Sequence record: MF547663.1
Length of the DNA stretch: 64,000 nt
Source: Clostridioides phage LIBA2945
Direction: 5' to 3' (one strand)
A program made the translations under genes and the position numbers. Of the stretch, positions 29,006 to 37,213 are shown one piece after another (within the stretch, counting starts at the first letter, position 1; each line of letters begins with the position of its first letter). The notes beneath the pieces are model-generated. The model ran no database searches and was not told where the DNA came from. It saw nothing but the letters and a program-made list of their open reading frames with translations.

Positions 29006-29764
29006 TTATTTTCTAGTGTATTTACATTTTGGATACTGACTACATCCCCAAAATTCACCATACTGACCTTTTCTTTTAATCAAATGTCCAATTTGACATC
29101 TAGGGCACTTATCCTCTTCAGTAATATTTTTTAAATTTCTAACATGCTCTCTAGTATTTTGATTAGTGGTTTTCATACAATCAAAAATTTTATCTCTGAT
29201 AATTTTTATTTCTTCTTTATCAATAGTCACATCTTTACATTTACTTATTGTACTTAATATCTCACTTTCATTTATAACTATAATATTATTTCCACTTATC
29301 ATTACATTTTTTAGTGTAGCTTTGTCTGAAAAAACAATTATTGAATATATATTATATTTATTTCCTATTATATTTTCTATTGCTTTAATATGAGCATAAT
29401 TTTGTCTTACCGGATTATAGAATGTATTTTTAGTTTTTCCTACAATTTGAGTCCATACTTTATCTTTATCATTTCCGTAAATATATCCACTAAAATTTTT
29501 ACATTCTATAACAAATATTCCATACATAGAAATCACAATACTATCAATTTGTGTAGTCTTATTTGAGCCTGGTACAATAATGTCTTTAATTATTATGTAA
29601 TCTTTGCCTAATCTGCTAAGTATAAAATCTAATCTAAGTTCTCCAAATCCACCTTTTACTTGTATCTTAGTATCCTTAATAATATTATTAACTTCTTTTA
29701 CAGTTTTACTAACTTCTTCTGACATAAATACCTTTTCAAATATCTCCTTAAACATCCTCACCAT
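29006..29764 (-). CDS. NERD (nuclease-related domain) protein with a C-terminal topoisomerase-type C4 zinc ribbon (CPRCQIGHL...CSQYPKCKY)
   Basis: NERD-like central region. C-terminal CxxC...CxxxxC ribbon read directly. Confidence 0.5.
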   Translation of the reverse strand: MVRMFKEIFEKVFMSEEVSKTVKEVNNIIKDTKIQVKGGFGELRLDFILSRLGKDYIIIKDIIVPGSNKTTQIDSIVISMYGIFVIECKNFSGYIYGNDKDKVWTQIVGKTKNTFYNPVRQNYAHIKAIENIIGNKYNIYSIIVFSDKATLKNVMISGNNIIVINESEILSTISKCKDVTIDKEEIKIIRDKIFDCMKTTNQNTREHVRNLKNITEEDKCPRCQIGHLIKRKGQYGEFWGCSQYPKCKYTRK

Positions 29765-29877
29765 CTACCTTTCGACATATATTTTAATTATAGCATCTAA
29801 TACAATATGAAGTAGATGAAATATTCGACATAAATGCAAAAAAGTCACCTAAATTAATAGATGACTTAATTATTTTA

Positions 29878-30048
29878 TGCTACTTTTTCAATATATTTTT
29901 CATTAACAACATAAGTCTTAAACTTATGTACTACCATAATATCCTGCATGTTCTCTAGTGTCATTATAACTCTAACACATTTATTCCTAATTTCTTTTGG
30001 TAATTCTAAGTCATTTATTAAATTTACATAATCATCATATCTGTACAT
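29878..30048 (-). CDS. Small hypothetical protein (56 aa, MYRYDDYVNLINDLELPKEIRNKCVRV...)
   Basis: SD 'tgggaggag' 8 nt upstream of the ATG at 30048. Not in the track. Confidence 0.3.
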
Positions 30049-30212
30049 TTAATACTCCTCCCAAAGTTAGTCTAGGATATATTATAGTACTCTAATTCAA
30101 TTTTTTCAATAGAAAATCTTAATCCTGTATAGATATTTTCTAAATGATATAATGTCATACATTTGTCATCATAGTAATAATTATATTTTTCTAGGATTAT
30201 ATACTTATTCAT

Positions 30213-30716
30213 CTATATACCTGTACTTCCAAATCCATTACTTCCTCTTTCAGAGCTAGTCAATTCATCTACCACTTTTAATATAGCTCTTGGAACTTGT
30301 TGAAATACTCCTTGTGCAAGTTTAGTATGTTTAGGAATTAAAATATCAAAATCCTCTTCATTATATGTAATTATTTTAATTTCACCTCTATATCCTGAAT
30401 CCACTGTACCTAATCTTACAGTTGGATGTGCTACAAAAATTTTTCTAATTTGTTTTTTAGGTTGCACTTTATCATATATAGTCACATATCTTGTAAAAAA
30501 CATTCCTTTTAAGCTTATACCACTTCTAGGTCTGACTTGCATTTCATATCCATATGGAATTTCTAATGATATACCTGTAGATATTGCTACTGCTGATTTA
30601 GCTGGAATCACCGTATCTTTTAGTGTATATAAATCTATTCCACTATCACCTTCTTTTGCATAAGATGGCACTATTGCATTTTGATTTAATTTCTTTATTT
30701 TAACATTTATACTCAT
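30213..30716 (-). CDS. dut: Trimeric dUTPase with a ~20-aa insertion between motifs III and IV
   Basis: Motifs I (DSGIDL), III (RPRSGISLKG), IV (GTVDSGYRGE) and V (ERGSNGFGSTG) all present. Spacing between III and IV is about 32 aa. Confidence 0.8.
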   Translation of the reverse strand: MSINVKIKKLNQNAIVPSYAKEGDSGIDLYTLKDTVIPAKSAVAISTGISLEIPYGYEMQVRPRSGISLKGMFFTRYVTIYDKVQPKKQIRKIFVAHPTVRLGTVDSGYRGEIKIITYNEEDFDILIPKHTKLAQGVFQQVPRAILKVVDELTSSERGSNGFGSTGI

Positions 30717-30739
30717 TAATTTAATCTCCCTTTTTAAAA

Positions 30740-31234
30740 TTATCTATTAGTATCAAGTTTGTTTAAATAAGCTATTCCAAGTGCTATAGCATCATATATA
30801 TCACTTGTTTTAGCCTTACAAGTCCTATCAATATATTCTCCAATATCAATAATGTTTTCTCTTACATATGCAGCTACTTCTTCCTTTTTAGCTTTACCAT
30901 TATTCAGGAGATATTTTCTAATAGAAACTGGATACATATATTCAATCTCTATATTATTTAATTTTACAGTCCTCATTATTGCTCCTAAGAGTTTTCTTAA
31001 ACTAAGAATTGTTTTAGAGTTTCTTGAAGTGAATTGGTCTTCAATTAAGACTATTTGAATATTATGAGTTATAATTAACTCTTGAATTGCATTACAGATA
31101 TAACACATTCGCTCATCTTCAGACTTGAATTTATCTTTTTTAGTTACTATTTTTCCATATTTTAATATATTCTTATTTCTATTTATAACTGCCCATCCAG
31201 TTGAGGACATGGATACATCTAAGGCTAAGACCAT
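30740..31234 (-). CDS. RuvC-like Holliday junction resolvase, 164 aa
   Basis: N-terminal 'VLALDVSMSSTGWAV' catalytic Asp motif typical of RuvC-family phage resolvases. Confidence 0.6.
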   Translation of the reverse strand: MVLALDVSMSSTGWAVINRNKNILKYGKIVTKKDKFKSEDERMCYICNAIQELIITHNIQIVLIEDQFTSRNSKTILSLRKLLGAIMRTVKLNNIEIEYMYPVSIRKYLLNNGKAKKEEVAAYVRENIIDIGEYIDRTCKAKTSDIYDAIALGIAYLNKLDTNR

Positions 31235-31806
31235 TGAATCCCCTCTTTCATATGTATTTTAACTTGCTCTACTGCATTAGTTATACTTAAGTTATTTGCT
31301 ATTACAATGTAGTTTTCACTATTTAAAAACTCTTTAAATTTAATCTTATCATCAACTAATCTTCTTTCGATTTCTTTAAGATTATCACCTCTATCTATTA
31401 ATCTTTTTCTTATAGTATCTTCATCTGCGTTTATAAAAAATGGTACTAACTTAGTTTTTGTTCCTGTAAAATATTTTTCTAGTGCTTTATATCCACTTGC
31501 ATCTACTATAGTCAAAGCATATTTTTTATTCTCTAATTCAGATTTATGTATACCATATAGCCAAGTGCTGCCATCATGAACTATATACTTTCTCATTTCT
31601 ATAAAGTTATTTTTTTCTTTCTTAAAGAATTTATTATCTACAAAATAATAGGTTTTATTAATGATTTCTAAGTAATTACGGGGAGGTCTTGTTGTATGTG
31701 ATATTAGAATTGGAATATTGAATTGCTTTGAAATTTCTGTTACTATACTATCTTTACCTGAGCCAGAATAACCTAAAAATACAAATATATTTTTTAATTT
31801 ATCCAT
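31225..31806 (-). CDS. Guanylate kinase-like nucleoside monophosphate kinase, 193 aa
   Basis: P-loop 'GYSGSGKDS' plus a GMP-binding-like 'ISHTTRPPR......YYFV' segment. Confidence 0.5.
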   Translation of the reverse strand: MDKLKNIFVFLGYSGSGKDSIVTEISKQFNIPILISHTTRPPRNYLEIINKTYYFVDNKFFKKEKNNFIEMRKYIVHDGSTWLYGIHKSELENKKYALTIVDASGYKALEKYFTGTKTKLVPFFINADEDTIRKRLIDRGDNLKEIERRLVDDKIKFKEFLNSENYIVIANNLSITNAVEQVKIHMKEGIQWS

Positions 31807-32119
31807 CTATACTCACCTTAAGTTCAAATATATTAGGATTATCAATAATCACTTGATGAAGTCCCTTGCTTAATACATCTACTAAATATTCCTCATCTTC
31901 ACTCTCTATACATCTATCTCTAAATATACAATGGAATAACTCATGTAAGAAAGTAGCTTCTTTTACTCTTTCTGATTGTAGATTATTAGATAATTTTATT
32001 GTTTCAGTTCCATAATCAGCTAATCCATAACATAATTGATTATTTACTAAAATAGGTTCTTCTGTCTCTTCTATTTTATAGAATAAACCTCCTACTTTTA
32101 CTTGCTTTGGTATATTCAT
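31799..32119 (-). CDS. Small HExxH zinc metallopeptidase-like protein (ImmA/IrrE-like core 'FLHELFHCIF')
   Basis: HExxH read directly. Family assignment tentative. Confidence 0.35.
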   Translation of the reverse strand: MNIPKQVKVGGLFYKIEETEEPILVNNQLCYGLADYGTETIKLSNNLQSERVKEATFLHELFHCIFRDRCIESEDEEYLVDVLSKGLHQVIIDNPNIFELKVSIDG

Positions 32120-32156
32120 TTAAACACTCTCCAATCTTATTAAAATCTACATTTTA

Positions 32157-32996
32157 TTATGATTTTGATTTTCTAAAACTCTTGTTTTCCTTATGTTTGC
32201 AACCCTTGTTATAATGAGAGCATAAAGTTTTACAAAAAAACTGATTACTTTTGTCATCACTTTTGCACCAAACGCTCTCATCGTTGGAATCTAGCTGTTT
32301 TATTTGAGTAACTGTATCAACAACAAAATCAATTAATTGTTTCTCTAGTTCTTTAGTATATTTAATTTTTACTATAGCTCTTTCATAATCATTTATACTA
32401 TCAATCTTATTTCTTTCAATTAATACTCCTTTTTCATTATTCATATATTTACACATATCAAAAGCTACATATTCAATTATTTTATCTGGATATTTTTCTT
32501 TAAGATACATTGCATATAAGATAAGCTGCATTGATTTTTTAGGTAGGTCTTTTTTAGAAAATTTACTACTCGATTTATAATCTATAACATAAATTTTATT
32601 ACCTATTATATAATATAAGTCTATATATCCCCTCATTGTAATTCCATTAATATCAAACTCAAAATATTCTTCTATATAGTATCTATCACATTCAATTGGT
32701 ACAAAATTTTCTATATAATGTAATATACATTCTAAATAATTAATTCTTGAATTTGGTGTAGGAAAATTGTAATCCATTAGATTTGCATATTCTATAACTT
32801 CATTGTATTTTTGAATAGCTTCTTGATTTGTTATTTTTCTTTGTTGTAATTGTTCTAGTAAACTATGTAATTCATTGCCATAATAACCGTAACAACTTTG
32901 TTCTCGATTTAAATTTTTTACATATGTAAGATAGTACTGAAATGGACATGTGTTAAATGCATTTAATTTACTAAAGCTGTATAGTTCCTTTTCCAT
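32157..32996 (-). CDS. PD-(D/E)XK nuclease of the Cas4/RecB-exonuclease type with a C-terminal 4-Cys cluster
   Basis: 'GYIDLYY...IDYKSS' D..(D/E).K core. C-terminal C..(x)..C...C......C (CKTLCSHYNKGCKH) as in Cas4-like Fe-S nucleases. Confidence 0.55.
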   Translation of the reverse strand: MEKELYSFSKLNAFNTCPFQYYLTYVKNLNREQSCYGYYGNELHSLLEQLQQRKITNQEAIQKYNEVIEYANLMDYNFPTPNSRINYLECILHYIENFVPIECDRYYIEEYFEFDINGITMRGYIDLYYIIGNKIYVIDYKSSSKFSKKDLPKKSMQLILYAMYLKEKYPDKIIEYVAFDMCKYMNNEKGVLIERNKIDSINDYERAIVKIKYTKELEKQLIDFVVDTVTQIKQLDSNDESVWCKSDDKSNQFFCKTLCSHYNKGCKHKENKSFRKSKS

Positions 32997-33070
32997 TAAT
33001 TCTCCCCTTTCAAAAAAATAGAGAGCTATTAATTAATAGCTCTCAACCCTCAGTTCCTTAAAAATATATA

Positions 33071-33310
33071 TTAGATAATATTCTCTAGGATGCTATTAAT
33101 TCCTCTAAATAGTTTATTAAATTCTATTTCAGTATAATAAGATGTTATTCCTGATGTGTCTTTTACAGCAAAGATTTTGCTATCTTCAGATATGCTTATT
33201 TCATTTAACATGTATTTATTGTCTAAGGTCAATGGCATGTCATTTAATTCTACTTTACTTATATAATCCTTTAATTCCAATTTATTCACCTCACTTTGCA
33301 TCTTCTTCAC
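33071..33310 (-). CDS. Hypothetical protein, 79 aa
   Basis: ORF in an operon; overlaps neighbours. Confidence 0.3.
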   Translation of the reverse strand: MKKMQSEVNKLELKDYISKVELNDMPLTLDNKYMLNEISISEDSKIFAVKDTSGITSYYTEIEFNKLFRGINSILENII

Positions 33311-33557
33311 AATAATCCCTTAAACTGTTTATAAAGTTTTCTGTAACATCAAACCCAGCTAACATCATTGAGAAAAATAGTCCTATAGAGGTTATAATAT
33401 CCAGTATATATTCTTCTATGCAAGATGTACTAGAATAAAATCCAATCTCCGTATTCCTTCCAAAATATAAACTATATATTAAATTGAAAATTAGAAAAAA
33501 TATAAATAAATATAATGCTCTATATTTACTATTAATTATCTTTTTCATCTTCATCAT
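33291..33557 (-). CDS. Small membrane protein, 88 aa
   Basis: Two TM helices. Confidence 0.3.
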   Translation of the reverse strand: MMKMKKIINSKYRALYLFIFFLIFNLIYSLYFGRNTEIGFYSSTSCIEEYILDIITSIGLFFSMMLAGFDVTENFINSLRDYCEEDAK

Positions 33558-33786
33558 CCACCTTTTTTATTTCTTTTAATTCCCAAGAATAAATCATTCT
33601 TTCAGAAGTTTTATATTTCTTACTTGTATCTAATTTAATAAATAATTCTTTTGCTTCTTTAATTTTACCTTTACAAGTATGTTCTATTACATCTTCATCT
33701 GATTTGTATTTTATTTCTACCAAATCACCTGTATATAAAATCAAACCATTTTTTAATAGTATTTCTTGTCTGACTTCCTGTATCAT
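33532..33786 (-). CDS. Hypothetical protein, 84 aa
   Basis: Coupled ORF. Confidence 0.3.
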   Translation of the reverse strand: MIQEVRQEILLKNGLILYTGDLVEIKYKSDEDVIEHTCKGKIKEAKELFIKLDTSKKYKTSERMIYSWELKEIKKVDDEDEKDN

Positions 33787-34310
33787 ACAATCATCCTTTC
33801 TTCTTTTTCTAATAATATAGATATTAAAGATTTCGATATAACATCAGCTAAATCAAGTATAAGTTCAGGGTCTGAAGTATCATATATATCATATTTATTT
33901 CTACCTATAATCCCAACTATTGAATAATCACCAACTTCTAGTAACTTCTTATCTACCCCCAAACCTGGTTTAACAGGTTTATTGCTAATTATAATTGTTC
34001 CTTTATCTGAAATTTTACTTATACAAGCATCAATGGCTATTATATTTGAATTTGGATAATTATTTTTTATTGCTTGTATTTTTTGTTCTAAATTTAAAGC
34101 ATGTATTGAATCTCCTAATACTCCAAATATTTTATTTCTAATAGTAGATTTTTCTAGTATACTGCCAATCATAGGGGCTAATGAGTCAGCTAAAACTCTA
34201 TCACTACCTATACATACTATTAAAGTGTCCTCATTTACAATATCCCTTAATACTTCTGATATTTTTGATATAGCATTTAGATTGTTGTAACTGATTTTTA
34301 ATATGTCCAT
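33783..34310 (-). CDS. YyaC-like (DUF1256 / GPR-related) putative sporulation protein, 175 aa
   Basis: 'IVCIGSDRVLADSLAPMIGS' resembles the conserved 'CIGTDRSTGDSLGPLVG' segment of the YyaC/germination-protease family. From memory, unverified. Confidence 0.4.
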   Translation of the reverse strand: MDILKISYNNLNAISKISEVLRDIVNEDTLIVCIGSDRVLADSLAPMIGSILEKSTIRNKIFGVLGDSIHALNLEQKIQAIKNNYPNSNIIAIDACISKISDKGTIIISNKPVKPGLGVDKKLLEVGDYSIVGIIGRNKYDIYDTSDPELILDLADVISKSLISILLEKEERMIV

Positions 34311-34320
34311 ATAACACCTC

Positions 34321-34986
34321 TTAAATATAAAATTCTTTCATATCATCCAATCTTAAACAAGCCAATTTACCATTATCAAAACATGCTCCACAATCTATAT
34401 TTATAATTCCTTCCTGTTTATATATTTCAGCCTTTTCATAATCTTTAATGTTTTGAGTTGGTGTATGACCAATAATAATTGTGTATCCTTTTATATGTTT
34501 ATTAGTATTTAATATTGTTCTATCCCACACACAAATATCTTCTTCTTGTAACTCAATTATTTGCTCTATACTGAGATTCTCATAGTTATTTGGAAGGTAT
34601 AGTCCAGCATGGACTAGTATAAAATTATCTATTATCTCTAAATATGGAAGGTTCTTAATATATTTATAAAAATTTTCTTTATATTCATAAGACTTCATTC
34701 CTAAATCATAAAATGTATCTTTACCTCCATTATAAAACCAAAGAAAACTACTATTTACATCTGTATAACTTTCTTGAAACATTAACTCATGATTACCTTT
34801 TAGAAGAGTTATATTCTTATACTTTCTTATATAATCTATAATCTCTAAAGACTTATCCCCTCTATCTAATACATCTCCTAAAATATACAAATGGTCATTT
34901 GAATTGAAATTGATTTGCTCTAACATTGAAATAAATTTATCATACATACCATGTAAGTCACTCATTACATATTTAATAATTACCAC
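34321..34986 (-). CDS. Calcineurin-like metallophosphoesterase (lambda-phosphatase / Ser-Thr phosphatase type)
   Basis: Motifs 'DLHG', 'GDVLDRG', 'GNHE' in canonical order. Confidence 0.7.
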   Translation of the reverse strand: MVIIKYVMSDLHGMYDKFISMLEQINFNSNDHLYILGDVLDRGDKSLEIIDYIRKYKNITLLKGNHELMFQESYTDVNSSFLWFYNGGKDTFYDLGMKSYEYKENFYKYIKNLPYLEIIDNFILVHAGLYLPNNYENLSIEQIIELQEEDICVWDRTILNTNKHIKGYTIIIGHTPTQNIKDYEKAEIYKQEGIINIDCGACFDNGKLACLRLDDMKEFYI

Positions 34987-35006
34987 CTCCTATTAAAACT
35001 AACTTT

Positions 35007-35450
35007 TTAATCTAAATAGCTAACATCTAAAATACAGTCACCAACTATTTCAAAAGCACATAATATTTGTTTACCATAATCAGATAGCCATGACCCCCAA
35101 ATGCTACTACCATGTTCTAATAACCCATATGAATTTAAAGCATTTAATATAAATTCTTGTATCAAATCATTTTTACTACCAATTATTCCACAAACATTAT
35201 TAAATTCTATTTCAAATATGTAACATCTTTCTGTGTATTCTAAATTACAATTTTTTTCTTTATTTTGTATGGCAGTCAATACTCCTTTTATCATAAAAGA
35301 TATATCTTCAGGAGAACCACAACCACAAAAGTCCATTATTTCATATCTTAGATGTAATATCATTTTACTTGCTATTTTTTTTAATTGATAATTATCATAT
35401 ATATTCATTTCTTTTAACTTAATCAAATCTATCTTATTTATTTTGTCCAC
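35007..35450 (-). CDS. Hypothetical protein, 147 aa
   Basis: ORF, operon context. Confidence 0.3.
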   Translation of the reverse strand: MDKINKIDLIKLKEMNIYDNYQLKKIASKMILHLRYEIMDFCGCGSPEDISFMIKGVLTAIQNKEKNCNLEYTERCYIFEIEFNNVCGIIGSKNDLIQEFILNALNSYGLLEHGSSIWGSWLSDYGKQILCAFEIVGDCILDVSYLD

Positions 35451-35473
35451 ATTATCTCCCTTCTTTTTATATG

Positions 35474-36325
35474 TTACTTTCTTATATCTTTCATAAGCAA
35501 ATATATTATCATATCTTTAGATAAATTTTCTTTTGAATATGCTATTGCTTTATTTAAGATTTCTAATATTTCACAATAATTACGACATTCATCAAATAAT
35601 AATTGAGAAAATGTATCTGAAAATCTAATCTTTTTCATTTGATTCATAAACATTCTATGATAATATTCTTGTTCTCCTAATTTACATATGGCATACCATT
35701 TAGACTTAGTGTTTACTTCAGGAAAACTATTTTGTATATGTAGTTTTAATTTATCAAAAGTTAATTCTTCTAAAAATATTATCTCTTTAGCAGCTATTTT
35801 ATTTATTTTATGACCACGTAAAACACTACCTGAAAGGAGAGTCACTTCACCATATTCTTTACCATATTTATATTTATCGGCTTTTTTCACTAGAGCTTTT
35901 ACTTTAAAAAATCTATTGCTTAAATTTGGAGCATAATATTGAAATACGTCACCCAAGTCTAAACATAAATGGAATCCCCAATTCCATATATTAATATCAT
36001 CACCATCCATACTATAGGCTTTGTTTAATTCATATTGAAATTCCTTACATTTCATATTTTTATCTGTACATTTATATCCTTCAACCCAAGCCCATTCCTT
36101 TCCCTCATTTTCCTTTACTCTTTCTACTTTTTTTCTTTCTTCTTCTATCTTTTTTTCTTTTTCCAATTCTATTTTTAACCTATCAATATCTAATAGTTTT
36201 CTTTCCATTTCTTTATCATATTGTATATTATCTCTATTATATATTGGTTGTTTGGGAGGAGGAGAAGGAGGTTCTTCTTCTGTTATTTTTACATTTCTAC
36301 CATATTTTTTATTGAAGATACTCAA
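35474..36325 (-). CDS. Hypothetical protein, 283 aa, with an N-terminal proline patch and a K/E-rich coiled coil
   Basis: ORF, SD 'agtgaggtg'. Confidence 0.35.
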   Translation of the reverse strand: MSIFNKKYGRNVKITEEEPPSPPPKQPIYNRDNIQYDKEMERKLLDIDRLKIELEKEKKIEEERKKVERVKENEGKEWAWVEGYKCTDKNMKCKEFQYELNKAYSMDGDDINIWNWGFHLCLDLGDVFQYYAPNLSNRFFKVKALVKKADKYKYGKEYGEVTLLSGSVLRGHKINKIAAKEIIFLEELTFDKLKLHIQNSFPEVNTKSKWYAICKLGEQEYYHRMFMNQMKKIRFSDTFSQLLFDECRNYCEILEILNKAIAYSKENLSKDMIIYLLMKDIRK

Positions 36326-36345
36326 TATAATATCACCTCACTTTA

Positions 36346-36633
36346 TTATTTAGAAACTATTTTAATTTTATATCCTAGTTCATCTTCAATTTCTTCTTTA
36401 GTCATTGATTTAGGATTACTTTCTAACTCTTCTTTTTTTGGTAAGTGTATAAAATAACATTCAATTGGTAAGCAATTTTCTCCTTTAGTTTTATGAAAGA
36501 GTCCAAAAAAACTAGTATCACTCACTGTATAAATTTCACCTTTTTTATAATTTCCTATGTTATTTATACAATATAATTTATCTCCCATGTGTACGTTTTT
36601 TATTAAAAATTTTATCATGTAATCTACCTCCAA
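36346..36633 (-). CDS. Hypothetical protein, 95 aa
   Basis: ORF, SD 'ggaggtag'. Confidence 0.3.
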   Translation of the reverse strand: MEVDYMIKFLIKNVHMGDKLYCINNIGNYKKGEIYTVSDTSFFGLFHKTKGENCLPIECYFIHLPKKEELESNPKSMTKEEIEDELGYKIKIVSK

Positions 36634-36712
36634 TTCATATTAAAACACATATTTTATTTCATAAATTCTTCTTTAGTCAAAAATCACCTCCTAAGAAGGG
36701 AAATTTCCCTTC

Positions 36713-37213
36713 TTAATTCATATATAGTATTACTTGTTTTTTATTTAATGATTGTTGAACATCAATTATCCTTTGATTTGATGAACCTTTAAAAATTAAC
36801 TCTAAAGATTTTTTATCTTCTTCAAATTTTCCATCTACAAGAACATCTATTAATTTTAACAATTCTAGCTTTTCATTGTCTGTTATGAGTTCTTCAAACT
36901 TAAAACCTGTATAACACCATATTGTTTTGTTTGTATTCTTTTTAATTAATTTAGCTAAATGAACAAATCCTTGCAGTTGTAGAAGTGGGTCTCCTCCTGA
37001 AAATGTTACATCTGAAAATTTATTTGAAATGATTTCCTTATAAATATCTAATACTTTAGTTAAAGTTCCATTTTTTATATCCCAAGATTGAGGATTGTGG
37101 CAGCCTCTACACATATGATTACATCCAGAACAATAAATAGATGTTCTAAACCCTTCTCCATCAACAATTGTGTCATGTTTTATATCTAAAATATAAATAT
37201 AGTCTTTATCCAT
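36713..37213 (-). CDS. nrdG: Anaerobic ribonucleoside-triphosphate reductase activating protein (radical SAM)
   Basis: 'CSGCNHMCRGC' CxxxCxxC cluster. Size about 160 aa. Overlaps nrdD. Confidence 0.75.
   Translation of the reverse strand: MDKDYIYILDIKHDTIVDGEGFRTSIYCSGCNHMCRGCHNPQSWDIKNGTLTKVLDIYKEIISNKFSDVTFSGGDPLLQLQGFVHLAKLIKKNTNKTIWCYTGFKFEELITDNEKLELLKLIDVLVDGKFEEDKKSLELIFKGSSNQRIIDVQQSLNKKQVILYMN

Noticed and set aside
28832-29134. + strand ORFs (28832-29134, 29166-29393, 29604-29810) overlapping the NERD gene
   Set aside because: They are antisense to an ORF with recognisable domains. They are hydrophobic junk frames without SD.
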